Below are positions 1 to 12,681 of a stretch of 64,000 nucleotides of DNA, one piece after another (the stretch's first letter is position 1; every line of letters starts with the position of its first letter). The stretch spans positions 679,334,001 to 679,398,000 of the forward strand of contig NC_067399.1 of NCBI RefSeq assembly GCF_016432865.1, in the 5' to 3' direction. Below the pieces are notes generated by a model. It saw only the letters and a list, made by a program, of their open reading frames with translations, made no database searches and was not told the origin of the DNA. The stretch comes from Antechinus flavipes (Eukaryota). A program made the translations under genes and the position numbers.

Positions 1-540
1 TCTAGGTCTCAATTTGCACCTTTGTACAAAAATGTTCTTTTTGGAGGGGCAAGAACTGGACATCAAAGGAACGTCCATCAGTTGGGGGATGGCTGAAAAA
101 TAATTGGGATTTGGGAATGTAATGGAATTCTATAATAAATAGGAAGAAGAATTTCAGAAAAGCCTGGAAAGATTTACATGAACTGATGCAAAAAACATGA
201 ACAGAACCAGAAGAACATTGCACACGGGCACAGTGACATGTGCGATAAAAAACTGGGAATGACTTAGTATTCTCAGCAATACGATGTTCCCAAAGGACTA
301 CTGATGCAGCGTACAATCTGCCTCCAGAGAAAGAACGGAAATGGTTGGAATAGAGACCCAAACGTGTATTTTTCACTTTCATTCTTTTTCTTTTATTAGA
401 GTTTTCTTGTACATAATGATTAGTATGGAAATGATGTGCATAATTGCACATGTTTAACCTATATATGATTACTTACTGTTTCAGGGAAGGGAGAGGGAAG
501 AATTAGGAACTTATAACTTTAAATAAAAATGTTAAAAAAA
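1..540 (+). mobile_element. L1 LINE 3' end (ORF2 C-terminus remnant plus 3' UTR), marsupial type
   Basis: ctggaaagatttacatgaactgatgc, ctgcctccagagaaagaac and tgtttaacctatatatgattacttactg, ending in an A-rich tail; matches remembered marsupial L1 3' ends. Confidence 0.85.
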
Positions 541-849
541 TTAGAAAAAGAGAAGCTTGGGCTTATGAGCTCACTTCCAGCTCCCAATCCCATGAGCCTC
601 TAATTGCTTCAAATCTCTTTCTGTATGATGCATTCAGGCAGATCACAGAACAACCTAATGTGGCCTAAAATTTGTTTCAGACAATTTTGAAATTGTTTTA
701 GGCTGTATTTCCCTTCCCTGTGACCTCTCCCACACACACTTGGGCCCTCAGTTTTTTCTTCTGTAAAATGAGGTGATTCTTTGGCATTATCCCAATGCTT
801 CATAGGATCCTTACATCATAGATTCAGATATTAAGTGCTTTAAAGTTCA

Positions 850-975
850 CATAGTCCAAACTCCTTATATTACAAATGAGAAAATTGAGACTCGGAGAGG
901 AATATAGACTTGTCCAAGGTCAAATGAATAATAATAAGTAAAGATAGGATCCGAACTCAGGACATCTGATTGTTC
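850..975 (-). mobile_element. MIR-family SINE fragment
   Basis: tagtccaaactcc..ttacaaatgagaaaattgag..gacttgtccaaggtca: antisense CORE. Confidence 0.7.
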
Positions 976-1204
976 CGCACAAAATCCCAGGATCCTTTGA
1001 GATACTGTGGGACATGGGCAGTATCTCCAGACTATAACGTTGGACTTGGCTGATTTATTGGTTAGTTTTGCTGCAATGCTGTAGGTTTTTTTTTTTTTTT
1101 TCATTTTTCATTCTTTGCAAAAAGGAGCAGCTTCCTGCATGGGAGTGGAGATGGGGATAGAAAGGCAGAAAAAAACAACCCAAGGTTTTCTTTAAATCCA
1201 CAGA

Positions 1205-1345
1205 CTGGGCGCTAAGAGCGGCACCCTGGCTTTGTCACCATTTCGGCTGTGTGACTTTGGGGAGGTCACTCCTTGCCTCCTCTGAGTCTCAGTTCATCTT
1301 CTATAGAAGGAAGGTGTTGGAGGAGAGTCTGGAAGAAGTCCTTGA
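1205..1345 (+). mobile_element. MIR3-like SINE fragment
   Basis: ggctgtgtgactttggggaggtcact..ctctgagtctcagttcatc CORE sequence. Confidence 0.7.
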
Positions 1346-1375
1346 TCTACAGCACCAGCTGCGCACTGCCCCAGC

Positions 1376-1389
1376 CCACTAGAGGGCTC
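1376..1389 (+). promoter_or_regulatory. Candidate CTCF site
   Basis: CCACTAGAGGGCTC matches the CTCF core consensus CCASYAGRKGGC. Confidence 0.5.
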
Positions 1390-1529
1390 TAGTTGTGAAT
1401 AAAGAACTGGTCCATGCTCCTTTGCAACCCTTCCACCCTTTAAGTGGCTGAAGGAAAATGATGAGCACTCTTAAAAGCCACTGGTCTACATGAAAAGAAA
1501 AAGGGTCACTCTGACTATAGGTGGTGACT

Positions 1530-2900
1530 TTAGACAGACAGACAGGGAAGAGGGGAGAGAGAGACAGAGAGACAGAGACAAAGAGACAGAAAGAGACAGA
1601 AAATGAAAGGTGAAAGAGACAGACTGAGACAAGGAAATAGAGTCAGAGAGACAGAGAGAGAAAGAGAAAAAAGAGACAGAGACAGAGAGAGACAGAAAGT
1701 GAGGGGAGAGAGATAGAGAGACAGAGACTGAGAGAGAAAGATACAGGGAGAGAAAGACAGAGAGAGAAAGACAGAGAGACAGAGGGACAGACTGAGAGAG
1801 ACAGAAAGACAAAGACAGAGACAGAATAAATGAGGGAAAGAGAGAAAGAGGGGGTGGAAATGCATGGGGGGAGAGAAACAGACACAGACAGAAACAAGGA
1901 GACAGAGAGACATAAAATGAAGGAAGAAAGAGAGATAGAGACGTGGAGACAGAGACAAAATGAGAGGAGAGACAGAGAAGGAAACAGAGTCAGACAAAGA
2001 CAGACAGAGAGAAAAAGAGACAAAGAGAGAGACAGAAAGTGAGGGGAGAGAGAGAGGCAGAGAAATAGAGACTAAGAGAAAGAGAGAGAGAGGACAGAAA
2101 ATGAAGGGAGAAAGAGACAGACTGAGACAAGGAGACAGAGACAGAGAGAAACAGAAAATGAGGAGAGAAAGAGACAGANNNNNNNNNNNNNNNNNNNNNN
2201 NNNNNNNNNNNNNNNNNNNNNNNNNNNNNNNNNNNNNNNNNNNNNNNNNNNNNNNNNNNNNNNNNNNNNNNNNNNNNNNNNNNNNNNNNNNNNNNNNNNN
2301 NNNNNNNNAAAGACAGAGACAGAATAAATGAGGGGGAAGAGAGAGAGGGGGAGTGGAAATGCATGGGGGGAGAGAAACAGAGACAGAGACAAAGAGACAG
2401 AGAGACAGAAAATGAAGAAAAAAGAGACAGAGACAAGGAGACAGAGAGATACAAAGTGAGGGGAGAGANNNNNNNNNNNNNNNNNNNNNNNNNNNNNNNN
2501 NNNNNNNNNNNNNNNNNNNNNNNNNNNNNNNNNNNNNNNNNNNNNNNNNNNNNNNNNNNNNNNNNNNNNNNNNNNNNNNNNNNNNNNNNNNNNNNNNNNN
2601 NNNNNNNNNNNNNNNNNNNNNNNNNNNNNNNNNNNNNNNNNNNNNNNNNNNNNNNNNNNAGCAGAGAGATAGAGACTAAGAGAAAGAGAGAGAGAGGGAA
2701 AGAGACAAAGAGAGACAGAAGGATTGACTGAGAGAGACAGAAAAACAAAGATAGAGACAGAGATAGAATAAATGAGGGGAAAGAAAGAAAGGGGGGAAAT
2801 GGATGGGAGAAGAGAAACAAACAGAGACAGAGACAGAGAGGAAGATAAAGAGGGAGGGGGAGAGAGAGAAAGGGAGCTAAATAAACAGACACACACAGAG
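1530..2900. repeat. GA-rich polypurine low-complexity tract with a higher-order period of about 450-500 bp
   Basis: GAGACA/GAGA units; landmark GAATAAATGAGGG recurs at 1824, 2322 and 2766; two N gaps inside. Confidence 0.9.
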
Positions 2901-2966
2901 AAATCAGAAATCAAAAGGGAAATGTCATTCCTTCTCTGGGCTCACAACCCAGTCTAGTCTCGGCTT

Positions 2967-2985
2967 TGCCAGCAGGTGGCACTGT
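2967..2985 (+). promoter_or_regulatory. Candidate CTCF site
   Basis: TGCCAGCAGGTGGCACTGT, strong match to the CTCF core. Confidence 0.6.
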
Positions 2986-3299
2986 TTTCATGAAGAAAAG
3001 ATGCTGGCTCCTGGGCTTCCCATCCATCTCATCAGACATTGAGTTTTCTCCCTAAAAGGCTTTAAAAAATCCTTTGAGAGACCATGGCCCTGACTGTTGA
3101 CTAGGAAAATGTCTCCTCTGAGAAACTACAGGCCGTGTGCATTTATTGGGGGCAAAAGGGCCGGGGGCTTCCTCCGGTCTGACCCTTTCTGGACTGGGGG
3201 TCTCAGAACACTGGGCTTCCCCGGCACTGACTTTGGGTGGGCTTTGACTAGAATTCAGGGGATGAGTGAGGGGAGCCCCCACTTCCCCCACTCCTCCTG

Positions 3300-5100
3300 C
3301 TGCTAAGCAGGGCCCCCCTGGGCTACCTCCTCCCGACCCCAAATGATGGACATGTCTGTGCTCCAGGCCCGCCCGGCTCTCGCCCTGAGACAGCGGGCTT
3401 CAGAAAGCCTCCCAGGGGGCCCCGGAAGCCTGGCTGGGGAGCCTCCTCCTCCTCCTCGGGAGAGCTACCCAGAATACCGAGTGGCCTTGACCCTCCATCT
3501 GGGCGGACTGCCTCCTCCCACCCATATGTGCCGGCCGGGCCATCTGCACTGCTCCCATCTGGAAGCCGGGCCCCCACAGACGCAGCAGAGCGGGCGCCCG
3601 GCAGGGCGGACCCCGTGACCCCGGCCCCCTCAGCGCATCCCCGCCAGCCGCCAGGGTGCTGTCATTTTGCTCTGAAGCTAAAACCGGTGCCGTCCTCCCT
3701 CGTGATCAGCCCTGATTGTGTTCTGTTTCTCTCTTCATTTCCAGGAGAATGTTTGTATCATTTACATAGCACTTAGCATCATCTCACTAATCAGTCACCG
3801 CAGCCTTCGCTTCCTCCCCACCCACAATGAGGGACGGCTCCCGGGGCCTGAGGGACCAGGCCCAAGTGGCAAAGGGAGGGTCACCGGACAGGGTCACGGC
3901 CGGGCCCAGCTTGTGTTCTTGTCCCATCAGTGGCTGATCTAAATCTTCCAGAAGGATCCCCGCAGCACAGGTGGAGAGAGACCTCAGAACGGCCGGCCTG
4001 GGCCTGCACGGGCTCTGGGACCCCGAGGGAGGGGACATTGGTCCAAGGTCACGCAGCTCCCAAGGGCCAGAGGCCCTGCTCCGACCCCACAGACGGCTCT
4101 CTCCAATCTGTCTTTCTAGAGAGCCGAGTTCTGGGATCTCAGGCATGGAAACTGGCCCCGAGACAGCCTCGTGTGACCCAGACCTGAGGAAGAGCTCCCT
4201 CCTGGACAAGGGAGCAGACCGCCTTGGCTTGGAGACCTCCACAGTGAGAGGCTCACCCCCACCCGGAACAGCCGCTGTGACCCCGAGAGTCCCGAGGCTC
4301 GGGGAGACCCGAAACCCAGACCTGCTGCTTTGAAATGTCCCCTCCTGGTTCTGCCCTCGAGGGGGCAGGAAGTTCCCAGCAGCCAGAGGGTGCTGGAGGC
4401 AGGATCAAGACTGGAGTTTGAGTCCTCCCTCAAATCCTTCCTAGCTTTTAGCCCTGAACAAATCCCTCACCCCTCCCAGCTTCAGCTTCCTCACCCTTCC
4501 AACGAGGGCTGGACTCAAAGACCTTAAGGCCCGTGCGGGGTCTGGGATCCTCCTTCCCATGGTCCTTCTCGGTCATGATGATGATGAGGGCACAAACATC
4601 CCTGACCAGGTCTCCTACCGAAGGAGTGTTGGATTTTCCGCCCCCCCCCCCCCAGGCCCCTTACAGCTTCCTCACAAGGATGGGAGGGACGGCAATAACT
4701 AATGGCAAAGACACCGGGAGGGGTCGGGTCTTGAGGCGTTTGGGAGAGTCTGACAACAAGCCTTTGGTGACAGGGTTTCACCCCCAGCTCCTTGTGGTGG
4801 CCTTGGGGCAGCGGCTCCGGGCTCGGTCACACTGTCCCCGGGCAGGGTAGGGAGGAAGGACCCGGACAACTGGGCGCCCAGAGGACGGGAAAGGACCTCA
4901 GGTCACAACTTAGGAGCATCTGTTAAAGGACTGGGGAGAGCCTGCTTAGTGGGAAGGAGGATGGGAGGCGATGGCTGCTTCCGAGTGTGTTCGGAGAATG
5001 AGATGGGTTTGACCAAAAGCACCATCCACAGCATTCTCAGGGGGGCTGCCCGGGGTGAGAGGCCGGTGCGATGGGTCATCTCGGCAACAACGGCAAACTT
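3300..5100. promoter_or_regulatory. GC/CpG-rich patch containing a bHLH E-box cluster
   Basis: Visibly raised GC and CpG; CATCTG at 3496, 3541, 3556 and CATATG at 3523. Confidence 0.45.
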
Positions 5101-5369
5101 TTCGGGAAGATGGAGACTGGACTAAACCAGGGACAAGGCAGGTGGGCTGAAATACAATCACATTTCCCCAATCTGCTTCCACCCTGGATTGATGTGGGCA
5201 TTGGAGATGTCACAAGATANNNNNNNNNNNNNNNNNNNNNNNNNNNNNNNNNNNNNNNNNNNNNNNNNNNNNNNNNNNNNNNNNNNNNNNNNNNNNNNNN
5301 NNNNNNNNNNNNNNNNNNNNNNNNNNNNNNNNNNNNNNNNNNNNNNNNNNNNNNNNNNNNNNNNNNNNA

Positions 5370-5656
5370 GTTAGACCTATAGTCTATAGTCAAGAAGATC
5401 TGAATTCAAACTTGAGTTCTGACACTGACTAGTTATATGATGCTAGACAAGTCACTTCATCCAGTTTACTTCAGTTACCAAATTTGTAAAATGAATTGCA
5501 GAAAGAAATGACAAATCAATATCTTTATTAAGAAAACTCCAATGGGGTCACCAAGATTCAGACCAGATTCAGCATATATATATATATATATATACTTATT
5601 TTGAGTCGTCTGAATATATATATAATATATATATATATAATATATATGTATATATA
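5370..5656 (+). mobile_element. Marsupial CORE-SINE (Mar1-like) followed by a (TA)n tract
   Basis: agtcaagaagatctgaattcaaa..gacaagtcactt..aagaaaactccaatggggtcac; TA repeat from about 5572. Confidence 0.7.
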
Positions 5657-6089
5657 GCTATTTGGTCCTGAACAGCTGGAATAGACCCCGTAAACTAAAT
5701 GTTTAGAAATGTCTTATATATCACATAAGACATTTCTAAACATTTCGTATATGGGATCTATTCCAGCTATTTGAAATAACAATCAATCAGCAAGTCTTTT
5801 AAAAGTACTTTTTGTGGGCCAGGTATTGGGATTAAAATAAATAATAAAAACAAAACATTTCCTGACCTCAAAGAACTCTCCTCTTTCCTCCTTTACCCTT
5901 CTTCCTCCTCCTCTTATTCCTTCTCTTCCTCACCATATCTCTCTCTTTCTCTTACCCAGCCTGGAAGGACATTAACAACATGGGCCCAATCTCAGTACTG
6001 ATGTGAAGGAAGCTCTGATTCGCCTTGTTTTTCTGCACTGGGCAGCGTGGTGGCCCTCTGATCCTGTGGGCTCGCCACAATGGCAATAG

Positions 6090-6365
6090 ATTTAGTTAGC
6101 TAGATGGCTCAGTGATTAAAGGGCTGAGTCTGGAGTCAGAAAAACTTCAATTCAAATCCAGTCCTCCCCTCTAAAAAAATTAAATTTACTAAATGTGAGG
6201 TCCTAAAAAAGTCACTACTTGACCTCTAGGTCTGCCTCAGTTTCCTTAAATGTCAAATGAGAATAACAATAGCACCTACCTCCTGGATTTTTTTTTTGAG
6301 ATTTACATGAAATACTATTTGTAAATCATTTTTTCAAACTTGAAAGCTAAATATAAATTCTATCT
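6090..6365 (+). mobile_element. MIR SINE, near full length
   Basis: agctagatggctcagtg..ctggagtcagaaaa..ctgcctcagtttcctt..aatagcacctacctcc. Confidence 0.85.
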
Positions 6366-6699
6366 AGGTCCATTATTAGTCAACTAGCATTTCCATACAG
6401 TGTGGACACCCAAGTGGCTTGAGCCCTTTGCAGCTCAGAATGTTTAAGCTTGAGAATTTCAGCAGCCTCAGCCTTCCAGTGACTTCCCCAACTGCAGATG
6501 TAAACCACCAGGCCCAAGGGAGCTTACATTCCAGTCAGGGAGACAACATGAACCAAATTCCAGAGCTAAGGCTGTCCTTCTGGAGCTGAGCAACCCAAGG
6601 CTTTCTTCCTTCATTTCACCTGCAGCACATGAAGAAGCTTCCTGGCTCCACAGGGCAAAGACTTTCTTTAAGCAGGCGTACATGTTTTCCTAATTGCTT

Positions 6700-7170
6700 T
6701 TTACAATCAAGTTAAAACTCTTTTTCCCCTTAGTTAATTTATATTTTCCATTTTATGTAACATCATTCCCTAAGGTTCTGATTTTCTTTTATTTAGTTTG
6801 TCCCATTAATCTATCTTAAGACCAATACCAGATGGTCTTAATGACTGCAGCTCCATAATAATATCACTTGAGATCTGGAGTGTTATTTCCCCTCTATCCC
6901 TAGCTCTTTTAATCATTTCTCTTTATATTCTAGATATTTTATTTTTCCAAATAAATTTTCTTATTATTTCATCAAGGTTGATAAAGTATCTCTGTGGTAA
7001 ATTGGTATAACGTTAAAAGTGTCAATTAAGTTTGGTAATATTGTCATTTTTATTATGTTGGCACAGCCCAAGCATGTGCACTGAATATTCCTCCAGTATT
7101 TTTTTTTTTTTTTTTTTTTATTCATTTAAAGAGTTCTTTGCAATAGAATCTACATAATTAGGCTCTAAAT
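6700..7170 (-). mobile_element. L1 ORF2 fragment
   Basis: ccaataccagatgg..ttgagatctgg..attaagtttggtaatattgtcatttttattatgttggcacagccc typical of antisense L1 ORF2. Confidence 0.75.
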
Positions 7171-7304
7171 GATGAGGAGCCTTGGGCCAACCTGACCTGT
7201 AGAATCATTTTCCCCTGGATTATCTAAGCATTCAGGTATATATTCAAAGCCATCAGAGACAGCTCTCAGCAGCTTACAACCTTGCCTTGAGTAGCTTTCT
7301 TTTT

Positions 7305-7660
7305 CAGTCATTCAACAATAATAAGCATTTCATGTATGCAGACTATTCTGAGAAATGATGGGAGGAAATAATAGACTTAAACAAGACTCATTGCCTCTCC
7401 TCGCAGAGTTTTTAAGGCACCAAGCACCCACCCAGAGAGAGAAATATAAAATACCTCATGACAGAGCAGAAAGTACCATGTAAGATGGGGGAAGGGGAGC
7501 ATTGTGGAGTGGTCTTTATAGTCCAGGAGGGGCAAGGGAGACTTTGCAGAGTCGGCTGTCTCTGAGCTGGGTAGGTGTTTAGTAGCCAAGAAGAGGAGGG
7601 TGGGAGGGTGATCCAAGCGGGTGGGTAAGTGCAGGGCAAGGGCATAGAGGAGAGATGAGA
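7305..7660 (-). mobile_element. L2 LINE 3' fragment
   Basis: cagtcattcaacaataataagcattt followed by degenerate L2 body. Confidence 0.6.
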
Positions 7661-7974
7661 AGACTGGGAATGCCAGATCATTATCCCCTACTCCCAGCAC
7701 CTCTTCTCTTAATTTTATAAACAGAGGAATTGAAACCCAAGCTCATCCACAGAGTAAGCCGTAGCTCTGGAAGTCAAACCAAATCCTTTTCGTCGCAATC
7801 TAGTTGTGTTTCCATGCTGTCTCCTAGGGGGCTGGGCCTGTGTTTCCTCCTGGGTCATAGTCCAGAGCACTGTGCCAGTCCATAAATGCTACTGATTGAT
7901 TACCTAATCATCAGTCAGCTTGCACTGATGGTCAAATAACATTTCCTGAGCATAATGGAGAGTCAACTTTTTAG

Positions 7975-8190
7975 CTGAGAAAGCATCAGACCTGGAATCA
8001 GGTGAAACTTGGGCTGAATCCCACCTCAGACCCCTATCAGCTGTCTGATGCAACAGAGATCCTTCCAATTCCTCTAGCCTCAATTTCCTTATCTGAAAAA
8101 TGGGAATAATAATAAGGTTACTTGATAGGAATCAAATGGGATCATGAGTATAAATATTTTGCAAACTTTGAAGCACCACATAACGTCAGG
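7975..8190 (+). mobile_element. MIR SINE
   Basis: gaaagcatcagacctggaatcagg..cctcaatttccttatctgaaaaatgggaataataa. Confidence 0.8.
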
Positions 8191-8289
8191 AGCTGGTAGA
8201 GAGAATTTCCTCATTAGCAGTACATTACAGCAGTACAACATAGGACTGATCAAAAGAAAATGTCAGCCATGTTGCTATAGTTATTATTA

Positions 8290-9015
8290 TTGCTATTACC
8301 ATTGCCATCATCATCTTCATCATTAACATGATGATCATCATTTCCATTACCATCCTCATCACCATAATCATCATCATCACTTTCGCACCATCATCATCAC
8401 CATGATTATGATCATCATCATCTCTATCATCACCATCATCATCTCCATCATTATCATTTTCATCATCAACATGATGATGANNNNNNNNNNNNNNNNNNNN
8501 NNNNNNNNNNNNNNNNNNNNNNNNNNNNNNNNNNNNNNNNNNNNNNNNNNNNNNNNNNNNNNNNNNNNNNNNNNNNNNNNNNNNNNNNNNNNNNNNNNNN
8601 NNNNNNNNNNNNNNNNNNNNNNNNNNNNNNNNNNNNNNNNNNNNNNNNNNNNNNNNNNNNNNNNNNNNNNNNNNNNNNNNNNNNNNNNNNNNNNNNNNNN
8701 NNNNNNNNNNNNNNNNNNNNNNNNNNNNNNNNNNNNNNNNNNNNNNNNNNNNNNNNNNNNNNNNNNNCATCTCCATCATTACCATCATTATCATCATCAT
8801 CATCACCATCATCATCCATCATCATCATTTTCATCATCAACATGATGATGATCATCATTTCCAACTATCTCCATCACCACACCACACCATCATCATCATC
8901 ACTTTCACACACATCATCACCATCATCATCATCTCCATCATTACCATCATCATCATCATCTCCATCACCATTATCATCACCATCCATCATCATCGTCATC
9001 CTCATCTTCATCATT
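8290..9015. repeat. (CAT)n/(CAC)n trinucleotide low-complexity tract with gap
   Basis: Degenerate CAT repeats; source of the His/Met/Asp-rich pseudo-ORFs. Confidence 0.95.
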
Positions 9016-10269
9016 ATTCTTTACCTAATACTACTTTCTGGGCCACAGAAAGTGAATTATGGGAATGATGCTCCAGCCACAGAAAGGAGCATTTGATGGG
9101 GCAACACTGGTTTTTATTCTTTGCCTTCTGACTGAATTGAACGCAGTAAGCCAACGCACTTGAGGGTAAATGAAATGTGACTAACAATTGTCAGTCCCTG
9201 TGATTCTGGGGCAAGGTAGGGAGCCGTCCAGCCTTTGCCTTTTCACAAGGCAGGTCCGTGGTGGACTCATTCCACTAATCATCAGATTGCCGCATTTACT
9301 ATTTTGGGGGTGTGAATATTTCTGTGGAGGTGCAGAAAGCAGAGAACCACCTGAATTGAATGTGGGGGGGAAAAGAGAATGTGTGCTCCTAAATTATGCA
9401 AAGGAAATTTAACTGGGTATAAATAGATGTTGCAGTCAACCAACTTACCATGTGATTTCAGGCTCTGTAGGAGACACATGTGACCTCCCTAAGAATAAAA
9501 TCTGACACTTTATGAGACATTAAATGTGGAAAGTATGGGCAACAAGCATGGTGAGGGCCAAGGGCCAAATGTTATTTTCCATTTAATCGATGTATATATG
9601 TATATATGTGTGTGTGTGTTGACTTCCTCTCCCTTCCAGCTTCCTAAGATAAAAGCTCTTTGAGAGTTGGTTTTGATTGGATGCCAGCACCTGGCATGGA
9701 GTATATACTTAATAAATGCTTCTTGGTTGATCATAGGTATTGCTCAAACTTGGTAGATCAGCACATATAGCTTGTGGGGGAACAGAGCTTAAAACAAAAC
9801 CACAAAAATAGTAAAAGTAGGTAGAGGTCAGAAGCACTTAACAAAAGATAAAATCTTGTAAGAAAATCTGGGAGCTAGAGGAAGGAAATATGATGGAGAG
9901 CATTTGGGTTCAGGGCAATAAGAAAAGGAACAGACTCAATCTGCAAATCAACAAATACTCTATACTTAGCTGTATATTAGGGGGCTGGGGATAATGGGGA
10001 AAAGAGACAATGATCATTTTTTGTTGTCAGTTTCTTTCTGTCTAGGTGATCTGTAGTAAATTCTGACACTTTGTAAATTCAATATAATAACCTTTATCGA
10101 GCCTGGCCCTGGGCTACTGCTGGTCAGTCCTATAATAACAGACAAACTCTGCCTTTGCTTTTGGGTCCAGGATAAAACTCAGCATCCCCAGAGAAGTAAA
10201 TTCAAGATAAGTTGGGGAGACAAAAGCTCCCAGGAGGCGTCTGGAAGGAGGAAGCGGCTGATCTGAGCC

Positions 10270-10470
10270 TCTAATGGCTCCCGGGCCGATGTGACTGGAA
10301 TGTAGAGTTGTTGAAGCAGAGGAGGATGAAATGAGCCGCAGAGGGATCCCACCAGAGGTAAATGTGGGAGGGAGAGGCTTTAAATGTCCATCTCAGGAAT
10401 TTGAATTGTAATAGGGAGCCACTTAAGATATAGGAGCAAGGGAGTAACATGGTCAGGCTCATCCATGACT
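10270..10470 (-). mobile_element. L2 fragment
   Basis: aatagggagccacttaagatataggagcaagggagtaacatggtcagg, antisense L2 motif. Confidence 0.6.
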
Positions 10471-11969
10471 TGAAAGATTGTTTTTATACCTGTAAAAGGT
10501 GACATTAAATGTTCTTAGAATTTTGAGCTGGAAAGAACCTTAGAAATTATCTTGTCCAGCCCCTTTATTGCCCAGGTGAGCAACCAGAGTCTCGACGAGG
10601 GAGAGCGAGGGCCAGATTCGCTGCAGTAAAGAGCAGACTCGGAATACGGGGGATTTTCTACCTCTCTGGCATCACGTGAATCTTGGCTACTTAGCATAGG
10701 GTCCTGCCCGAGTCCTCAGCTGTAAACTGATGCACATCATCTGTGCCTTATGCAAGTCAGGAAGGGCAAATGAGATGAGGAGCACAAGCAAATTTAAGCC
10801 TCTCACCTTAAGAGGAGGTTGAGGAAACCCCCCCTTCCCCTCCCTTGCCTTGTTGCTCCCCCAGCGGGTGCCCCAACCTCCCCATCATTACTCACTGGCC
10901 CAGGTTTTGCCACATGTATTCATTCTGGGGGGGAGATGAAGGGGAGTGGGTGCTCTCCCCTCCCCAGAGTGCTCCGGGATGGAGCCCGGGGCTCTGAGTA
11001 AAGTCTCTTCAGAAGTCACTGCTCTGTGCTCACTTGTAAAGGAACAAACATTTTGAAGACAGATTCCCCCTGGGAGGGAAGCGCTTTGCTGAGGTTTCCG
11101 AGAACATCCAAGTCAAGAGCAGAAGCCGGGGATCGGCAGCTCCCGGGAGATCGCTCTGACTGGGGCCTGATGGGGGGAGGCAGGAGCAGAGGCTGAGAGC
11201 TGCCAGTGATCCAAGCCCTCATGCTAGGGATGGGGAAACTGAGGCACGCCATGAGGAAACTTGGAGTCCTTAAGTAGCAGAGCCTCATCAATGCTGGGGC
11301 AGAATCTGAATCCCGATCTTCCTCTGCCCATCGTGCTGGGCACCTCTCATGACCAAGCCCTTTGAGCTCTTCCAGGCTGCCCCACTGGGGTGAAGAACCC
11401 ACAGTCCATGGAAGATTAGGATTAGGGTTAGGTGACAGACTCAAGGTCACGCCCTAGGAAGCAGCAGGGCTGGGAGTCTAAGATCAGGGAATCACAAATT
11501 TAGAGCTAGAAGCGACTTGGGGATCACCCAGACTCTTTTACATATGAAGTAATGGAGGCCCCAGGTCAAAAATGAACTTGCCATCTTGGGGTTCCCTTGC
11601 CCCAGACTCTGTGCAAAAGGGAGCACTCTGAACCACCTGAGACTGAAAAACGAGCTCCCATGGTGAGGAGGCGAGGGTGCCATTCTTCTGGCTTGGCTAT
11701 CGGTCTTTCAGGACATGACTTTCTAGGGGAAATTGAGTCCGGCACAAAAATTTAACCTCTTCCTAATATCTGAGGGAGATGTTGCTTTCCAAAAATCCTT
11801 ATTTAGTGTCAATCTTTTAAAAAGTCAACACTATGTTGAGGAGTTTAGTAAGTATCTTTGTCAAAGAGGGTCCCAAAGAGTGGAATGTGATTGAAAAATG
11901 AGTAAACAACAGCAGTCGTACATGGGACCTTTGCCCTTCAGGTTGGCCATGCAAGATTAGCTACTCATA

Positions 11970-12675
11970 CCTCTTCATTCTCTCTCCCTTCTTTTTCCCT
12001 CAATTTCTNNNNNNNNNNNNNNNNNNNNNNNNNNNNNNNNNNNNNNNNNNNNNNNNNNNNNNNNNNNNNNNNNNNNNNNNNNNNNNNNNNNNNNNNNNNN
12101 NNNNNNNNNNNNNNNNNNNNNNNNNNNNNNNNNNNNNNNNNNNNNNNNNNNNNNNNNNNNNNNNNNNNNNNNNNNNNNNNNNNNNNNNNNNNNNNNNNNN
12201 NNNNNNNNNNNNNNNNNNNNNNNNNNNNNNNNNNNNNNNNNNNNNNNNNNNNNNNNNNNNNNNNNNNNNNNNNNNNNNNNNNNNNNNNNNNNNNNNNNNN
12301 NNNNNNNNNNNNNNNNNNNNNNNNNNNNNNNNNNNNNNNNNNNNNNNNNNNNNNNNNNNNNNNNNNNNNTTCTTGTCCTTATTTTTCTTTTTTTTTTTCC
12401 TCCTCTTCTTCCTTTTCTTCCTCCCCCTCCTCCTCTTTTCTTCTTTTCATTTTCTTCTCTCTTCTTTTTTCTTCTTCCTTTCTTCTTCTTCCTCTCCTCA
12501 TCCTTTTCCACCTCCTCTCCCTTTTCCTCCTCCTCCTCCTCTTCCTGTTCTTCCTCCCCCTCCTCTCCTTTCTCCTGTATCTCCCTTCTTCTTTTCCTAA
12601 TCACCCTGTCTCTATGTGTGTCTATCTCCTCTCTCCCTTCTCATTCCCACACCCTTTCTCCCTTCCTTTCTTTCT
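11970..12675. repeat. CT-rich polypyrimidine low-complexity tract with gap
   Basis: (CTT/CCT)n; gap 12009-12369. Confidence 0.95.
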
Positions 12676-12681
12676 GATCCA

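Noticed and set aside
1486-2957. ORFs up to 300 aa (Leu/Ser- or Arg/Glu-rich)
   Set aside because: Low-complexity GA/CT tract plus N gaps; the same applies to 8225-9096, 11975-12604, 42771-43462 and 60861-61325
3343-4433. Multiple Pro/Gly/Ala-rich ORFs in the GC-rich patch
   Set aside because: Expected in GC-rich DNA; open in several frames on both strands with no identifiable product
11416-11432. TTAGGATTAGGGTTAGG telomere-like triplet
   Set aside because: Under three degenerate units; too short to call an interstitial telomeric sequence
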